Positions 41,059 through 51,169 of a stretch of 64,000 nt of DNA are shown here, piece after piece (position 1 is the stretch's first letter; every line of letters starts with the position of its first letter). The notes beneath the pieces are model-generated. The model did no database searches, was not told the origin of the DNA, and worked only from the letters and a program-made list of their open reading frames with translations. The stretch covers positions 992,001 to 1,056,000 of the forward strand of contig OZ220741.1 of assembly GCA_965116885.1 (NCBI GenBank). The letters are read 5' to 3'. Source of the stretch: Candidatus Latescibacterota bacterium. Lineage in GTDB: Bacteria > Latescibacterota > UBA2968. The position numbers were made by a program, and so were the translations under genes.

Positions 41059-41379
41059 TCATGCATCCAACGCTTGCTCAAATGCGTCAAGATTGGACAC
41101 CTGGATCGCTGCACGATGCAACTGCTTGAGACGTTGCAGATCGTCAATCGCGGCAAGGCGAGCAGATAGGGGGTGCGCTTCGCTCAGGTCAAATCGAATC
41201 TCCAACACGTCGAGGATATCTTCGATGGCACGTTGCCTGACCCCCTGCTCAATGCCTTGCTCAATGCCTTGCTCAATGCCTTGCTCAATACCTTGCTCAA
41301 TGCCTCGTTCAATACCTTCCTCAATACCTAATTGCTTGATGTATTGTGCAAACGACGATTCGCGCATAATGGCATCCAT
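41059..41379 (-). CDS. Putative intragenic small protein (RpnS-like, 106 aa)
   Basis: In-frame ATG at 41379 preceded 5 nt upstream by AGGAGG (41385-41390). Confidence 0.65.
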   Translation of the reverse strand: MDAIMRESSFAQYIKQLGIEEGIERGIEQGIEQGIEQGIEQGIEQGVRQRAIEDILDVLEIRFDLSEAHPLSARLAAIDDLQRLKQLHRAAIQVSNLDAFEQALDA

Positions 41380-42012
41380 AAGACCCTCCTGTAAGAGAAT
41401 GCGATTGATCAGTGTCTGATCATACGCTAACCCACTCAATATCATCATCCTGCCCAAAATGTCAACCTTTATTGATTCATCCACCCGCAGTGCATTCGTC
41501 GCGTCAACACAGTGGCGAAACCACGCATCCGAGTCCATCCTATCAGGACGTTTCATCAAGGTGGTAAACGGAAACAAGCCCGAAGGTCCGCCATCAAGAA
41601 TCTCCTGTCCCTCTATCTCACTCAGCCGAATCACTGTGTATTCTATCAGAACGCGACGACCGAGAAAATCCTGGACATAATACCCCGGATCGCGACGACC
41701 TGCATTGCGCCGCAAGTAGATCACACTGGAGTAAATCGGCAGGTCGTGCTGCTCTATCGCACGGATCATATAGCCCGCCATGCGAAGCGGCATAGAGGGA
41801 TCGTCAGTGGTTTGAAACTCCGTATGGATCAACGCCTCCTTGCCTGCGATAAGGACGCGAATGAGGCTATCGGCGTATCGTGTATCAACCGTGCTTTGCT
41901 CTGTGTCGAGGATGTCCAGGACTTCTACATCGTCCTGTTCAAGTGTGAGGCGGATGAAGTCTTTGGGATAGGTCTGGATCAGATCTTTGGAGACGGTGTC
42001 ATATTTGGCCAT
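41059..42012 (-). CDS. Rpn-family PD-(D/E)XK nuclease/putative transposase, copy 1
   Basis: YDTVSK.L, RYADSL..HTEFQT..MPLRM; (GIEQ)n linker; C-terminal helical domain. Confidence 0.88.
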   Translation of the reverse strand: MAKYDTVSKDLIQTYPKDFIRLTLEQDDVEVLDILDTEQSTVDTRYADSLIRVLIAGKEALIHTEFQTTDDPSMPLRMAGYMIRAIEQHDLPIYSSVIYLRRNAGRRDPGYYVQDFLGRRVLIEYTVIRLSEIEGQEILDGGPSGLFPFTTLMKRPDRMDSDAWFRHCVDATNALRVDESIKVDILGRMMILSGLAYDQTLINRILLQEGLMDAIMRESSFAQYIKQLGIEEGIERGIEQGIEQGIEQGIEQGIEQGVRQRAIEDILDVLEIRFDLSEAHPLSARLAAIDDLQRLKQLHRAAIQVSNLDAFEQALDA

Positions 42013-42305
42013 GTGGAATGCCCAGGGTCTGATGGATGAGTTTTACACGCAACAGTCAGACCCTGAGCAAATATCAGGCCAACGTCACAGAAATTGAATG
42101 ATAAATTGTATGGACGGAAATTCAAATAGCCGCATCAGGCTTTTAATATGCTGGATGGCACCTTTAACTTAAATGGAGGGATTGCTTTTGGAGATATATA
42201 AATGGAACGCGCTGGGAGACAAAAGTGTACGTTTTGATCTATAGAGGAGGGGATAGGGTGAAAGATATGTGCTTTTATTTTTATACTGGATCGCGGCTAT
42301 AAGAT

Positions 42306-42578
42306 TTAACGGCTGGCGGGTGCCCGGCCAGATATGGCTTCGCGCAAGCCCTCCAGCAAACCTTCCAATTTCGCCTGTTGACGCTCCATCGTACCCATCC
42401 GCGCTTCCAACTTCTCAAATCGCTCATCCAACTTCTCAAATCGCTCATCCATTTGATCAAGCCGTGCATTCACTTGCACTTTGAAATCTTTCAACTCCTC
42501 ACGGACATTCTTCTGACCGTTCAAGATCAGACTCGCAAGCCCAACGCCAACGGCAATAATCGTTATCATTTCTGTCAC
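42306..42578 (-). CDS. Small N-terminal TM plus coiled-coil protein
   Basis: MITIIAVGVGLASLIL followed by heptads, with DERFEKL twice (21-bp tandem repeat); GTGA overlap with the rpn copy 2 stop. Confidence 0.7.
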   Translation of the reverse strand: MTEMITIIAVGVGLASLILNGQKNVREELKDFKVQVNARLDQMDERFEKLDERFEKLEARMGTMERQQAKLEGLLEGLREAISGRAPASR

Positions 42579-42823
42579 GCATCCAACGCTTGCTCAAATG
42601 CGTCAAGGCTGGACACCTGAACCGCTGCACGATGCAACTGCTTGAGACGTTGCAGATCGTCAATCGCGGCAATGCGAGCAGATAGGGGGTGCGCTTCGCT
42701 CAGGTCAAATCGAATCTCCAACACGTCGAGAAGATCTTCAATGGCGCGTTGCCTGCCCCCCTGCTCAATGCCCTGCTTCATAATGTATTGTGTAAACGAC
42801 GATTCGCGCATAATGGCATCCAT
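42575..42823 (-). CDS. Putative intragenic small protein (RpnS-like, 82 aa)
   Basis: In-frame ATG at 42823 with AGGAGG at 42829-42834. Confidence 0.65.
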   Translation of the reverse strand: MDAIMRESSFTQYIMKQGIEQGGRQRAIEDLLDVLEIRFDLSEAHPLSARIAAIDDLQRLKQLHRAAVQVSSLDAFEQALDA

Positions 42824-43456
42824 AAGACCCTCCTGTAAGAGAATACGATTGATCAGGGTTGGATCATACTCTAACCCACTCAATATCATCAACCGCTCCA
42901 AAATGTCAACCTTTATTGATTCATCCACTGGCAGCGCATTCGTCGCGTCAACACAGTGGCGCAACCACGCCTCCGAATCTATCCTATCAGGACGCTTCAT
43001 CAAGGTGGTAAACGGAAACAAGCCCGAAGGTCCGCCATCTATAATGGCCTGTCCGTCTATCTCACTCAGCCGAATCACTGTGTATTCTATCAGAACGCGA
43101 CGGCCGAGAAAATCCTGGACATAATACCCCGGATCGCGCCGACCTGCATTGCGCCGCAAGTAGATCACACTGGAGTAAATCGGCAGGTCGTGCTGCTCTA
43201 TCGCACGGATCATATAGCCCGCCATGCGAAGCGGCATAGAGGGATCGTCAGTCGTTTGAAATTCGTGATGCACCAATGCCTCCTGACCAGCGATCTGGAC
43301 GCGGATGAGGCTATCGGCGTATCGTGTATCAACCGTGCTTTGCTCTGTGTCGAGGATGTCCAGGACCTCTACATCGTCCTGTTCAAGTGTGAGGCGGATG
43401 AAGTCTTTGGGATAGGTCTGGATCAGATCTTTGGAGACGGTGTCATATTTGGCCAT
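42575..43456 (-). CDS. Rpn-family PD-(D/E)XK nuclease, copy 2
   Basis: Near-identical to copy 1; HHEFQT; only one GIEQ unit. Confidence 0.88.
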   Translation of the reverse strand: MAKYDTVSKDLIQTYPKDFIRLTLEQDDVEVLDILDTEQSTVDTRYADSLIRVQIAGQEALVHHEFQTTDDPSMPLRMAGYMIRAIEQHDLPIYSSVIYLRRNAGRRDPGYYVQDFLGRRVLIEYTVIRLSEIDGQAIIDGGPSGLFPFTTLMKRPDRIDSEAWLRHCVDATNALPVDESIKVDILERLMILSGLEYDPTLINRILLQEGLMDAIMRESSFTQYIMKQGIEQGGRQRAIEDLLDVLEIRFDLSEAHPLSARIAAIDDLQRLKQLHRAAVQVSSLDAFEQALDA

Positions 43457-43769
43457 GTGAGATGCCCTGAGTCTGATGGATGAGTTTTACACGCAACAGT
43501 CAGACCCTGAGCAAATATCAGGCCAACGTCACAGAAATTGATGATAAATTGTATGGACGGAAATTCAAATAGCCGCATCAGGCTTTTAATAGGCTGTATT
43601 GCGCCCCTAACTTGAATGCAGAAAGCACCTTTGGAGATACATACACGGGGAACGTGCTGGGCGTTACGCGTGTACGTTTTGATCTATAGAGGAGGGAATA
43701 GTGTGAAAGATATGTGCTTTTATCTCAATCTGGTCGGACAAATCCCTTTTTATTGCGAATCGAGATGTG

Positions 43770-45170
43770 TCAAAGCAATCCATACCGCTTCATCCTATTC
43801 CTCAAAACCGTCCTCGAAATAGCCAGAAGCCCGGCTGCCTGAACCTGGTTCCCCTCTGTTCGTCGCAAAGCCTCACAAAGCAGTGCCTTCTCAAATGCGG
43901 GCAGACTCATCTGATCCTCGGGAAAGGACTGCACCACGCGATCAACGCTACTGACCGGACCAATCTCAAACAGCTCAAAACTCAGATCATCAGCATCAAT
44001 CTCGCCACCCCCGCACAAAATCGCTGCCTGCTCAACCGCATTCTTCAGCATCCGGACATTGCCCGGAAACGCCTGTCTTTGAAGCAACGCCTCAGCCGCC
44101 CTCGAAAATCCCACCAGCGGCTTCTGCAAATCGCGGGCATAACCAGCCAAAAAGTGCCGCGCCAGAAACAGAACATCTCCCCCGCGCTCCCGCAACGGCG
44201 GCACCTGAATCGCGAACACATTCAACCTGTAATACAGATCCTCTCTGAACGTCCCTTCCCGCACCGCGACATTAAGCACCCTATTCGTCGCCGCAACCAC
44301 GCGCACATCCACCGCGACCTCATCGCGACTCCCCACGGGACGGATGCATCGTTCCTCCAGCGCACGCAACAAACGCACCTGCATCTCCAGCGACATATCC
44401 CCAACCTCATCCAGAAACAGCGTCCCCCCATCTGCCAGTTCAAAATAGCCCTTCTGGTCTGCCCTCGCATCTGTAAACGCGCCCTTCTTATGCCCAAAAA
44501 ACGCGCTCTCAAACAAATTGCCCGGAATCGCAGAACAATTCACCGGAACAAACGGACCGCCAGCGCGACCACTCTCGCTATGCACAGCCCGCGCAACCAA
44601 TTCCTTCCCCGTACCCGTCTCGCCAACAATCAACACCGTCGTATAATCAGTCGCAGCCACCTGCTGAATCTGCGCCTTCATCTTCACAACCGCCTCACTC
44701 TCACCGATCAGCGCATTCAAACCGCGCTTCTCTCGCGCCTGTGCCGCCATCCTATCCAGCCTCGCCTGAACCCTATCCTTCTCTTTGCGAAGCGCCTGGT
44801 AGCGCACCGTGCGCCGGATAGCCGCCTGCAACGCCTCCACCTTAAAAGGCTTCGTAAAAAAATCAAACGCCCCTTCTCGCAACGCGCGAAACGCATGCTC
44901 GGACTCATTAACGCCCGTAATCACAATCACCTCAATCTCGGGCGCAACAGACCGCATCCGCCGAAGCACCTCAAACCCATCCAGGCCGGGCATCTTCACA
45001 TCTGTAATCACAATATCCACAGCCTGGCTCTCCACCACCTCCACACCCCGCTCGCCATTCGCCGCCTCAATAACCGTATGTCCTCTCGCAATGAGAAACT
45101 TCCCAATAGCAGTTCGGATATGTGTATCGTCATCGATCACCAAAACCGTCATGCTGACCTGCTCAGGCAT
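43770..45170 (-). CDS. NtrC-family sigma54 response regulator
   Basis: REC (VIDDD..TDVKMP..KPF), GETGTGKE, GAFTDA, REDLYYRL, Fis HTH. Confidence 0.95.
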   Translation of the reverse strand: MPEQVSMTVLVIDDDTHIRTAIGKFLIARGHTVIEAANGERGVEVVESQAVDIVITDVKMPGLDGFEVLRRMRSVAPEIEVIVITGVNESEHAFRALREGAFDFFTKPFKVEALQAAIRRTVRYQALRKEKDRVQARLDRMAAQAREKRGLNALIGESEAVVKMKAQIQQVAATDYTTVLIVGETGTGKELVARAVHSESGRAGGPFVPVNCSAIPGNLFESAFFGHKKGAFTDARADQKGYFELADGGTLFLDEVGDMSLEMQVRLLRALEERCIRPVGSRDEVAVDVRVVAATNRVLNVAVREGTFREDLYYRLNVFAIQVPPLRERGGDVLFLARHFLAGYARDLQKPLVGFSRAAEALLQRQAFPGNVRMLKNAVEQAAILCGGGEIDADDLSFELFEIGPVSSVDRVVQSFPEDQMSLPAFEKALLCEALRRTEGNQVQAAGLLAISRTVLRNRMKRYGLL

Positions 45171-45406
45171 TCTTATTTCCCCCTATCATTCGCAAGCGTT
45201 TGTTTGCAATTTTGGGAAAATAAGACGGGATTGGCAAAAAGCAAGGCCACTCAGATAGAATACGAGCAAATTATGCTTTTGTGCATTTTAATGCTTTTAT
45301 GCATTTCATTAAAAGCCTGTGAAGCGGATACGATCAAAAAAAAATACGGGGACCGCCCCCTACAATATTGGAACCGTCCCCATATATTATAATGATTATA
45401 ACGCAA

Positions 45407-46027
45407 TCACTTCTCAATACTGTGTTCAAGCCTGCCGATCTCGTCGCGCAGCCTGGCGGCTTCTTCGTACTCTTCCAGCGCGACCGCCTCTTGCAAACGC
45501 GCCTTGAGCGCATCTACTTGCTGCGTCACCTGATCGGGTGCCTCTTCAGTGGCTTCTTCCTCTCCTGCAGACCTTATAAAAGCAGCAATATTCTCAACGC
45601 CTTCAATGGGCGTCTCGGCCTCTTGCATCTCGACCGACAGCCCCGCCTCCTCAATCACCTGGTCTGCCACAAAAATCGGGGCATCAACGCGCAACGCCAA
45701 TGCCAGCGCATCGCTCGGACGCGAATCAATAACAATTGATTCCCCATCGCGGACAAGCGCGATCTCCGCAAAAAACGTCTCGTCCCGCAACGCACTGACC
45801 AGCACCTGCTCAACGCGTACATCAAACCCCTCTAAAATATCACACAACAAATCATACGCAATGGGACGCGGCGGCGGCTCATCGTGAAGCACCAGAGAAA
45901 TCGCAACCGCCTCAAAATTGCCAATCGCAATCGGCAAAAAGACCTTCTGGTCCTTATCCTTTAACCAGACCAGCGGATGACTGCTATTGGGTTCGAGCTG
46001 CACGGCAATCACTTCCATTTCTGTCAT
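45407..46027 (-). CDS. Bifunctional nuclease (DUF151) with UVR domain
   Basis: LPIAIGNFEA..PPRP..YDL, DSRPSDALALA; C-terminal EEYEEAARLRDEI. Confidence 0.92.
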   Translation of the reverse strand: MTEMEVIAVQLEPNSSHPLVWLKDKDQKVFLPIAIGNFEAVAISLVLHDEPPPRPIAYDLLCDILEGFDVRVEQVLVSALRDETFFAEIALVRDGESIVIDSRPSDALALALRVDAPIFVADQVIEEAGLSVEMQEAETPIEGVENIAAFIRSAGEEEATEEAPDQVTQQVDALKARLQEAVALEEYEEAARLRDEIGRLEHSIEK

Positions 46028-46258
46028 GCGAGAAATCCTTTTGGTAAAGCAACCACAGATGAACACAGATAAACACGGATAAAAGGCTAAAACAATATAG
46101 AAGGATACAGAGGCAAAAAGCAAGCGGAATCAGGATGTGCAAGATGAAAGGATGGACAGGATAAAGGCAAAAGCAACCCCCTCTTGACAGCCTGTGCGTC
46201 GCATTGTATCATTTTATAATCAAGAATTCACACACCCCATAACCTCAGGAGAATCGCT

Positions 46259-47206
46259 ATGTCCTCCCCCTGCTGCGGTGCGAGCAGACCTGTCTCATCT
46301 AAAAAAAGAAAAACGCGCAAACAAAAAAACAGGCGCAGAAGTGATACATCCCTCAAAAACATGATCCGCATATCGGGCGGCACCTTTCTCATGGGAACAG
46401 ACGGCGACGAAGGCTTTGCAGAAGACGGCGAAGGCCCCATGAGAGAAGTCACAGTCGATCCCTTTTACCTCGATACGTGCGCCGTCACCAACGCCGACTT
46501 TGCCAAATTCGTCCGCGCAACCGCGTACAAAACCGAAGCCGAACGCTTTGGCTGGTCCTTTGTCTTCCACCTCTTTGTACCTCCCAACACCGCATCGCAC
46601 ATCTCGCAAACCGTCGTCGATACCCCCTGGTGGTTTGCTGTTGACGGCGCCTGCTGGCACCGCCCCGAAGGACCGGGAACAAATGTCAACAACCGCTGGA
46701 ACCACCCCGCCATCCACATCTCGTGGAACGACGCCGTTGCCTATTGCAACTGGACGGGAAAACGCCTGCCCACAGAAGCCGAATGGGAATTTGCCGCACG
46801 GGGCGGCCTAAACAGCATGCGCTACCCCTGGGGAGACGACCTCGAACCCGGTGGCAAACACATGTGCAACATCTGGCAGGGCACATTCCCCGAAGAAAAC
46901 ACCAGAGCAGATGGACACATCGGCACCGCCCCCGTCACCTCATACCCCCCCAACAACTACGGCATCTACAACATCTCGGGCAACGTCTGGGAATGGTGCA
47001 GCGACTGGTTCAGCCCCACCTTTCACCTCAAAAGTTCCGCCGTAAATCCCACGGGACCCCACATCGGACAGGCGAAAAGCATGCGCGGCGGCTCCTACCT
47101 GTGCCACGACTCCTACTGCAACCGATACCGCGTTGCTGCCCGCAGCGCAAACACCCCAGACAGCTCCACGGGCAATCTGGGGTTTCGGTGTGCGAGAAAT
47201 GCATAA
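46259..47206 (+). CDS. Formylglycine-generating enzyme (sulfatase-modifying factor)
   Basis: RLPTEAEWEFAARGG, GNVWEW, RGGSYLCHDSYCNRYR with both catalytic Cys, GFRC. Confidence 0.93.
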   Translation: MSSPCCGASRPVSSKKRKTRKQKNRRRSDTSLKNMIRISGGTFLMGTDGDEGFAEDGEGPMREVTVDPFYLDTCAVTNADFAKFVRATAYKTEAERFGWSFVFHLFVPPNTASHISQTVVDTPWWFAVDGACWHRPEGPGTNVNNRWNHPAIHISWNDAVAYCNWTGKRLPTEAEWEFAARGGLNSMRYPWGDDLEPGGKHMCNIWQGTFPEENTRADGHIGTAPVTSYPPNNYGIYNISGNVWEWCSDWFSPTFHLKSSAVNPTGPHIGQAKSMRGGSYLCHDSYCNRYRVAARSANTPDSSTGNLGFRCARNA

Positions 47207-47243
47207 AAAAAACGGAAGACGCAAAAACGTCTTCCGTTTTTTC
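47205..47243. terminator. Bidirectional terminator
   Basis: aaaaaaacggaagacg-caaaaa-cgtcttccgtttttt between convergent genes. Confidence 0.85.
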
Positions 47244-47269
47244 TATCGGGACGGCACAGGGGCCGTCCC

Positions 47270-47713
47270 CTACTCTCTAACCACCCACACCTTCACAGAC
47301 ACCACAACCCCTGCATAAAGCCGAATGGGCACATCATATACCCCCAATGCTCGAATCGGCTCTTTGAGCGCTATGTCTCGGCGATCAATATCGAACCCCA
47401 GATCACTGAGTGCAACTGCGATTTGCTGTGCCGTCACCGATCCAAAAATGCGATCCTCTTCGCCAGCCCTAACCGCCACATTGCACGAAACCTCTCTCAA
47501 AGCCTCTGCCAGTGACTCGGCATCGCGCGTTTCACGAGCGCGTTGGGCTTCGCGTTGCTGGCGCACCTTCTCGTACACCGCCATATTGTGCTCATTTGCA
47601 ATCAGCGCCACCGAACGAGGCAGCAAAAAATTTCGCGCGTACCCATCCTTCACCTCAACCACATCGCCAGCATTGCCCAGACTATCCACATCTGCTGTAA
47701 GAATAATTTTCAT
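47270..47713 (-). CDS. rplI: 50S ribosomal protein L9
   Basis: LGNAGDVVEVKDGYARNFLLP; IFGSVT. Confidence 0.97.
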   Translation of the reverse strand: MKIILTADVDSLGNAGDVVEVKDGYARNFLLPRSVALIANEHNMAVYEKVRQQREAQRARETRDAESLAEALREVSCNVAVRAGEEDRIFGSVTAQQIAVALSDLGFDIDRRDIALKEPIRALGVYDVPIRLYAGVVVSVKVWVVRE

Positions 47714-47777
47714 AGTGTATTCCGAATATTAAGCGGACGGCCCCTGTGCCATCCCGATGAACACCGTTCCTTAATTC

Positions 47778-48032
47778 CTACCGAATCGAATCATTCACAT
47801 AAGGCATAAGCGCGAGAAAGCGGGCACGCTTAATCGCGCGCACCACAGCGCGCTGACACTTTGCACAGGTACCCGTCATCCGCCGGGGAACAATTTTCCC
47901 GCGCTCGGTAACAAACCGGCGCAACAAACGCTCATTCTTATAATCGACAACCACCGGCTGCGCGTCACCTTCAAATCGGCTATCCCTTTTGCTCTCGCAA
48001 ATATAGCAAACTTTCACGCGTCCTCTATTCAT
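47778..48032 (-). CDS. rpsR: 30S ribosomal protein S18 (Zn-binding C+ type)
   Basis: [34 protein letters not shown]. Confidence 0.95.
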   Translation of the reverse strand: MNRGRVKVCYICESKRDSRFEGDAQPVVVDYKNERLLRRFVTERGKIVPRRMTGTCAKCQRAVVRAIKRARFLALMPYVNDSIR

Positions 48033-48376
48033 TGGGCAACCTCCTCTACTGGAACTTCTTCAGCCGCCTCTTCAACCTCCTCTTCCTCTTGAGGAGGAAT
48101 TTCAGTCTGAAGAATCAGATGCCGCAAAATGGCCTCATCCAAACGGCACGCCCGCTCGACATTTGCAATCGCGCCCTGATCGGCCTGAAAATAAAAAATT
48201 GTATAGTCGCCCTGCTGTCGCTTTTGAATCTCATAAGCGAGCCTGCGCACGCCCCAGCGGTCGATATTGACCACCGTAGCGCCCCAATCGGCGAGCAATG
48301 ACGCATAGCGTTCGACCGTCTCATCCGCATTCTCCTGCGTATCGACAATCAAAGCCATCTCGTACTCTCGTGACAT
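48029..48376 (-). CDS. rpsF: 30S ribosomal protein S6
   Basis: [19 protein letters not shown]. Confidence 0.95.
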   Translation of the reverse strand: MSREYEMALIVDTQENADETVERYASLLADWGATVVNIDRWGVRRLAYEIQKRQQGDYTIFYFQADQGAIANVERACRLDEAILRHLILQTEIPPQEEEEVEEAAEEVPVEEVAQ

Positions 48377-48382
48377 AAACTA

Positions 48383-48426
48383 TCCCCCATGGACGTGTGG
48401 TTCAGAAAACCGTGTTCTGAACGGGG
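48383..48426 (-). promoter_or_regulatory. Candidate S6:S18-binding rpsF leader RNA
   Basis: Minus strand CCCC-g-TTCAGAA..TTCTGAA-CCA..GGGGG-atagttt-ATG: inner hairpin, CCR, outer stem pairing with the RBS. Confidence 0.5.
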
Positions 48427-48551
48427 TTGGAAAATGACGGGCGAGGCATGCCTCGCCCCTACACATCTGCGTACATCTGCGAAAACGCTCAAATGAACTG
48501 GCCTGGGAAGCGGCCAGTTGTACACCGCTCATTCGCGTTTTTTTCTGCGGA

Positions 48552-50546
48552 TCACACCAACAAAGGAGCCAGAATCAGCGAAACCACCGACATCAACTTA
48601 ATCAAAATATTCAACGCGGGACCAGACGTATCTTTTAACGGATCGCCAACCGTATCGCCAACCACGGCAGCTTTATGCGCCTCGGACCCCTTCCCCCCCA
48701 AATTGCCCTCCTCGATCAACTTCTTCGCATTGTCCAGCGCGCCCCCACTATTTGCCATCATCAGCGCCAGCAACACACCCGACACAGTCGCACCCGCCAG
48801 CATACCGCCCAACGCCTCTGCCCCCAGAACAAAGCCCACCAGCACCGGCGTCAAAACAGCCACCAGCCCCGGCACCACCATCTCGCGCAAAGCCGCGACA
48901 GAACTGATATCGACACAGCGACGCGTATCCGGCTTGCCCGTCCCCTCCATCAACCCTGGAATCTCGCGGAACTGGCGACGCACCTCTTCAACCATCTTAA
49001 ACGCCGCATTGCCCACACTCGTCATCGTCAACGCCGCCACGCAAAAAGGCACACCAGCGCCCAAAAACAAACCGATCACAACCAGAGGTTTGACCAGATT
49101 AATAGACTCGATCCCCACAGCCGTCGAATACGCGGAAAACAGCGCCAGCGCAGTCAGCGCAGCAGAACCAATCGCAAACCCCTTGCCAATCGCCGCCGTC
49201 GTATTCCCGAGCGAATCCAACTCATCGGTAATCTCGCGCGTCTCCGGGCCCAAATTCGCCATCTCGGAAATACCGCCCGCATTATCTGCAATCGGACCGT
49301 AAGCATCCACCGCCATCGTAACACCCACAGTCGATAACATACCCACAGCCGCAATGCCAATACCGTATAACCCCGCAAAGTGAAACGACCCGGCAATGGC
49401 AACACAGATACCCAAAACCGGCAACGTCGTACTCTCCATCCCCACCGCCAAACCCGCGATCATATTCGTCGCCGATCCCGTCTCCGAAGAATGGGCAATG
49501 CGCTTAACAGGTGCCCCGCCCGTATAGTATTCCGTCATCAGTGCAATGGCAATACCAACGAGACAACCAAAGAGAATCGCCCAAAACACCCCGCGAGCCA
49601 AACCGAGATATTCCGCCGCAAAAAAAGACCCCACAAGCATCAAAACAGCGGAAATATACGTGACATAGCGCAGGGCTGCATCCGGGCTTAAAGACTGCAA
49701 AACGCGAATGGACCCCACCCCGATCAGCGACGCCAACAAACCGATCATAACCACGACAAGAGGATATTGCATCGCGGCGACCCGCACCATCTCCGAATCG
49801 CCTCCCAACCCGCTCAACGCCGTGCCGCCAGCCGTTGCCGCAATCGCAACCGTCGCAATAATAGACCCCACATAAGACTCAAAAATATCCGCCCCCATCC
49901 CGGCCACATCGCCCACATTATCGCCCACATGATCTGCAATAACAGCCGGATTTCTCGGATCGTCTTCCGGTATCCCGGCCTCCACCTTACCCACCAGATC
50001 TGCACCCACATCTGCCGTCTTCGTATAAATACCCCCCCCAACCCGGGCAAAGAGCGCAATAGAACTCGCCCCCATAGCAAAACCATTAATCATAGCCGCC
50101 TGATCGGGTTTGCCATAAAAATAAAAAAGCAAGCCCACGCCAAAAAGCCCCAGACTTGCTACAGACAACCCCATCACTGCGCCACCAGAAAACGCGACAT
50201 TTAACGCCTTATCCCGCCCGCTCTCACTGGCGGCATAAGCCGTCCGCACATTTGCCTTGGTCGCCGCCTTCATCCCGATAAAACCCGCGCCAAGCGAACA
50301 GAGCGCGCCGCCCAAAAAAGAGATGGCCGTGGGCAAATTAATACCCCAGCACACCAGCGCGAACACCACAACAATAAAAACAGATAGCACACTGTATTCG
50401 CGCTTCAAAAAGGTCACGGCCCCATCCTGGATATCTGCTGCGATCTCTCGCATCAACGCCGTGCCCTCTGGTTGTCTGGCAACATAGAGATAAATCAAAC
50501 CAGCGCAAACCAGCCCAACCACGCCCAGCACAGGTGCCAAAATCAT
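48552..50546 (-). CDS. hppA: Membrane ion-pumping pyrophosphatase, K+-dependent type (probably Na+)
   Basis: [48 protein letters not shown] (Ala indicates K+ dependence). Confidence 0.95.
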   Translation of the reverse strand: MILAPVLGVVGLVCAGLIYLYVARQPEGTALMREIAADIQDGAVTFLKREYSVLSVFIVVVFALVCWGINLPTAISFLGGALCSLGAGFIGMKAATKANVRTAYAASESGRDKALNVAFSGGAVMGLSVASLGLFGVGLLFYFYGKPDQAAMINGFAMGASSIALFARVGGGIYTKTADVGADLVGKVEAGIPEDDPRNPAVIADHVGDNVGDVAGMGADIFESYVGSIIATVAIAATAGGTALSGLGGDSEMVRVAAMQYPLVVVMIGLLASLIGVGSIRVLQSLSPDAALRYVTYISAVLMLVGSFFAAEYLGLARGVFWAILFGCLVGIAIALMTEYYTGGAPVKRIAHSSETGSATNMIAGLAVGMESTTLPVLGICVAIAGSFHFAGLYGIGIAAVGMLSTVGVTMAVDAYGPIADNAGGISEMANLGPETREITDELDSLGNTTAAIGKGFAIGSAALTALALFSAYSTAVGIESINLVKPLVVIGLFLGAGVPFCVAALTMTSVGNAAFKMVEEVRRQFREIPGLMEGTGKPDTRRCVDISSVAALREMVVPGLVAVLTPVLVGFVLGAEALGGMLAGATVSGVLLALMMANSGGALDNAKKLIEEGNLGGKGSEAHKAAVVGDTVGDPLKDTSGPALNILIKLMSVVSLILAPLLV

Positions 50547-50590
50547 AAAAATCTCCAAAATCAGGGCGAAAAAATTTTCGCCCCTACATA

Positions 50591-51169
50591 TCAACCCGCA
50601 TTATACCGATTCATCGCCCGTTCAATACCTTCTGTCGCCCAGCAAAGCGCGCCCTTAGCCGCATGCCCAACAGCATCTACAATCACATCCCCATCTTCGA
50701 ATGGAAACGCACCCAACACATAATCGATCATCCCATCCACCTCGGCGGGATGCCCAATACCGATGCGCAACCGCGGAAAATCCGCAGACCCCAACGCGCG
50801 TTCAACAGACCGCAAACCATTGTGCCCGCCGTGACTTCCCGTGCGCCGAAAGCGCAACCGCCCCAAATTCAGATGCACATCGTCAACCACCACCAGCACA
50901 TCTGCTGGTCCAACCTGAAAACACCGCACAGCCTCCGCCGCGCCCAAACCGCTCTTATTCATATAAGTCAGCGGCTTGACCAGCACCAGATCATCTGAAA
51001 ACCTGCACCACGTACAAAACTCAAACGCATGCCAGGGCTTGTGTTTCCCCAGCGCATCAACCACCCCAAACCCCACATTGTGGCGCGTACGCGCATAGCG
51101 CGCGCCCGGATTGCCCAGCCCCACAATCGCCTTTATGGTACGGGCGAAAGATTTTTCGCCCCTACTCAT
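50591..51169 (-). CDS. pth: Peptidyl-tRNA hydrolase
   Basis: [38 protein letters not shown]; probable start ATG 51169 overlapping the rplY end. Confidence 0.95.
   Translation of the reverse strand: MSRGEKSFARTIKAIVGLGNPGARYARTRHNVGFGVVDALGKHKPWHAFEFCTWCRFSDDLVLVKPLTYMNKSGLGAAEAVRCFQVGPADVLVVVDDVHLNLGRLRFRRTGSHGGHNGLRSVERALGSADFPRLRIGIGHPAEVDGMIDYVLGAFPFEDGDVIVDAVGHAAKGALCWATEGIERAMNRYNAG

Noticed and set aside
41059..43456. Calling the rpn genes IS transposases or an IS element
   Set aside because: No terminal inverted repeats or target duplication; the family is not shown to transpose
43767..45392. Long antisense ORFs (also 16086-17489, 30566-32140, 51111-52463, 18151-19173)
   Set aside because: Shadows of real genes; the T-poor + strand has few stop codons and the translations show no motifs
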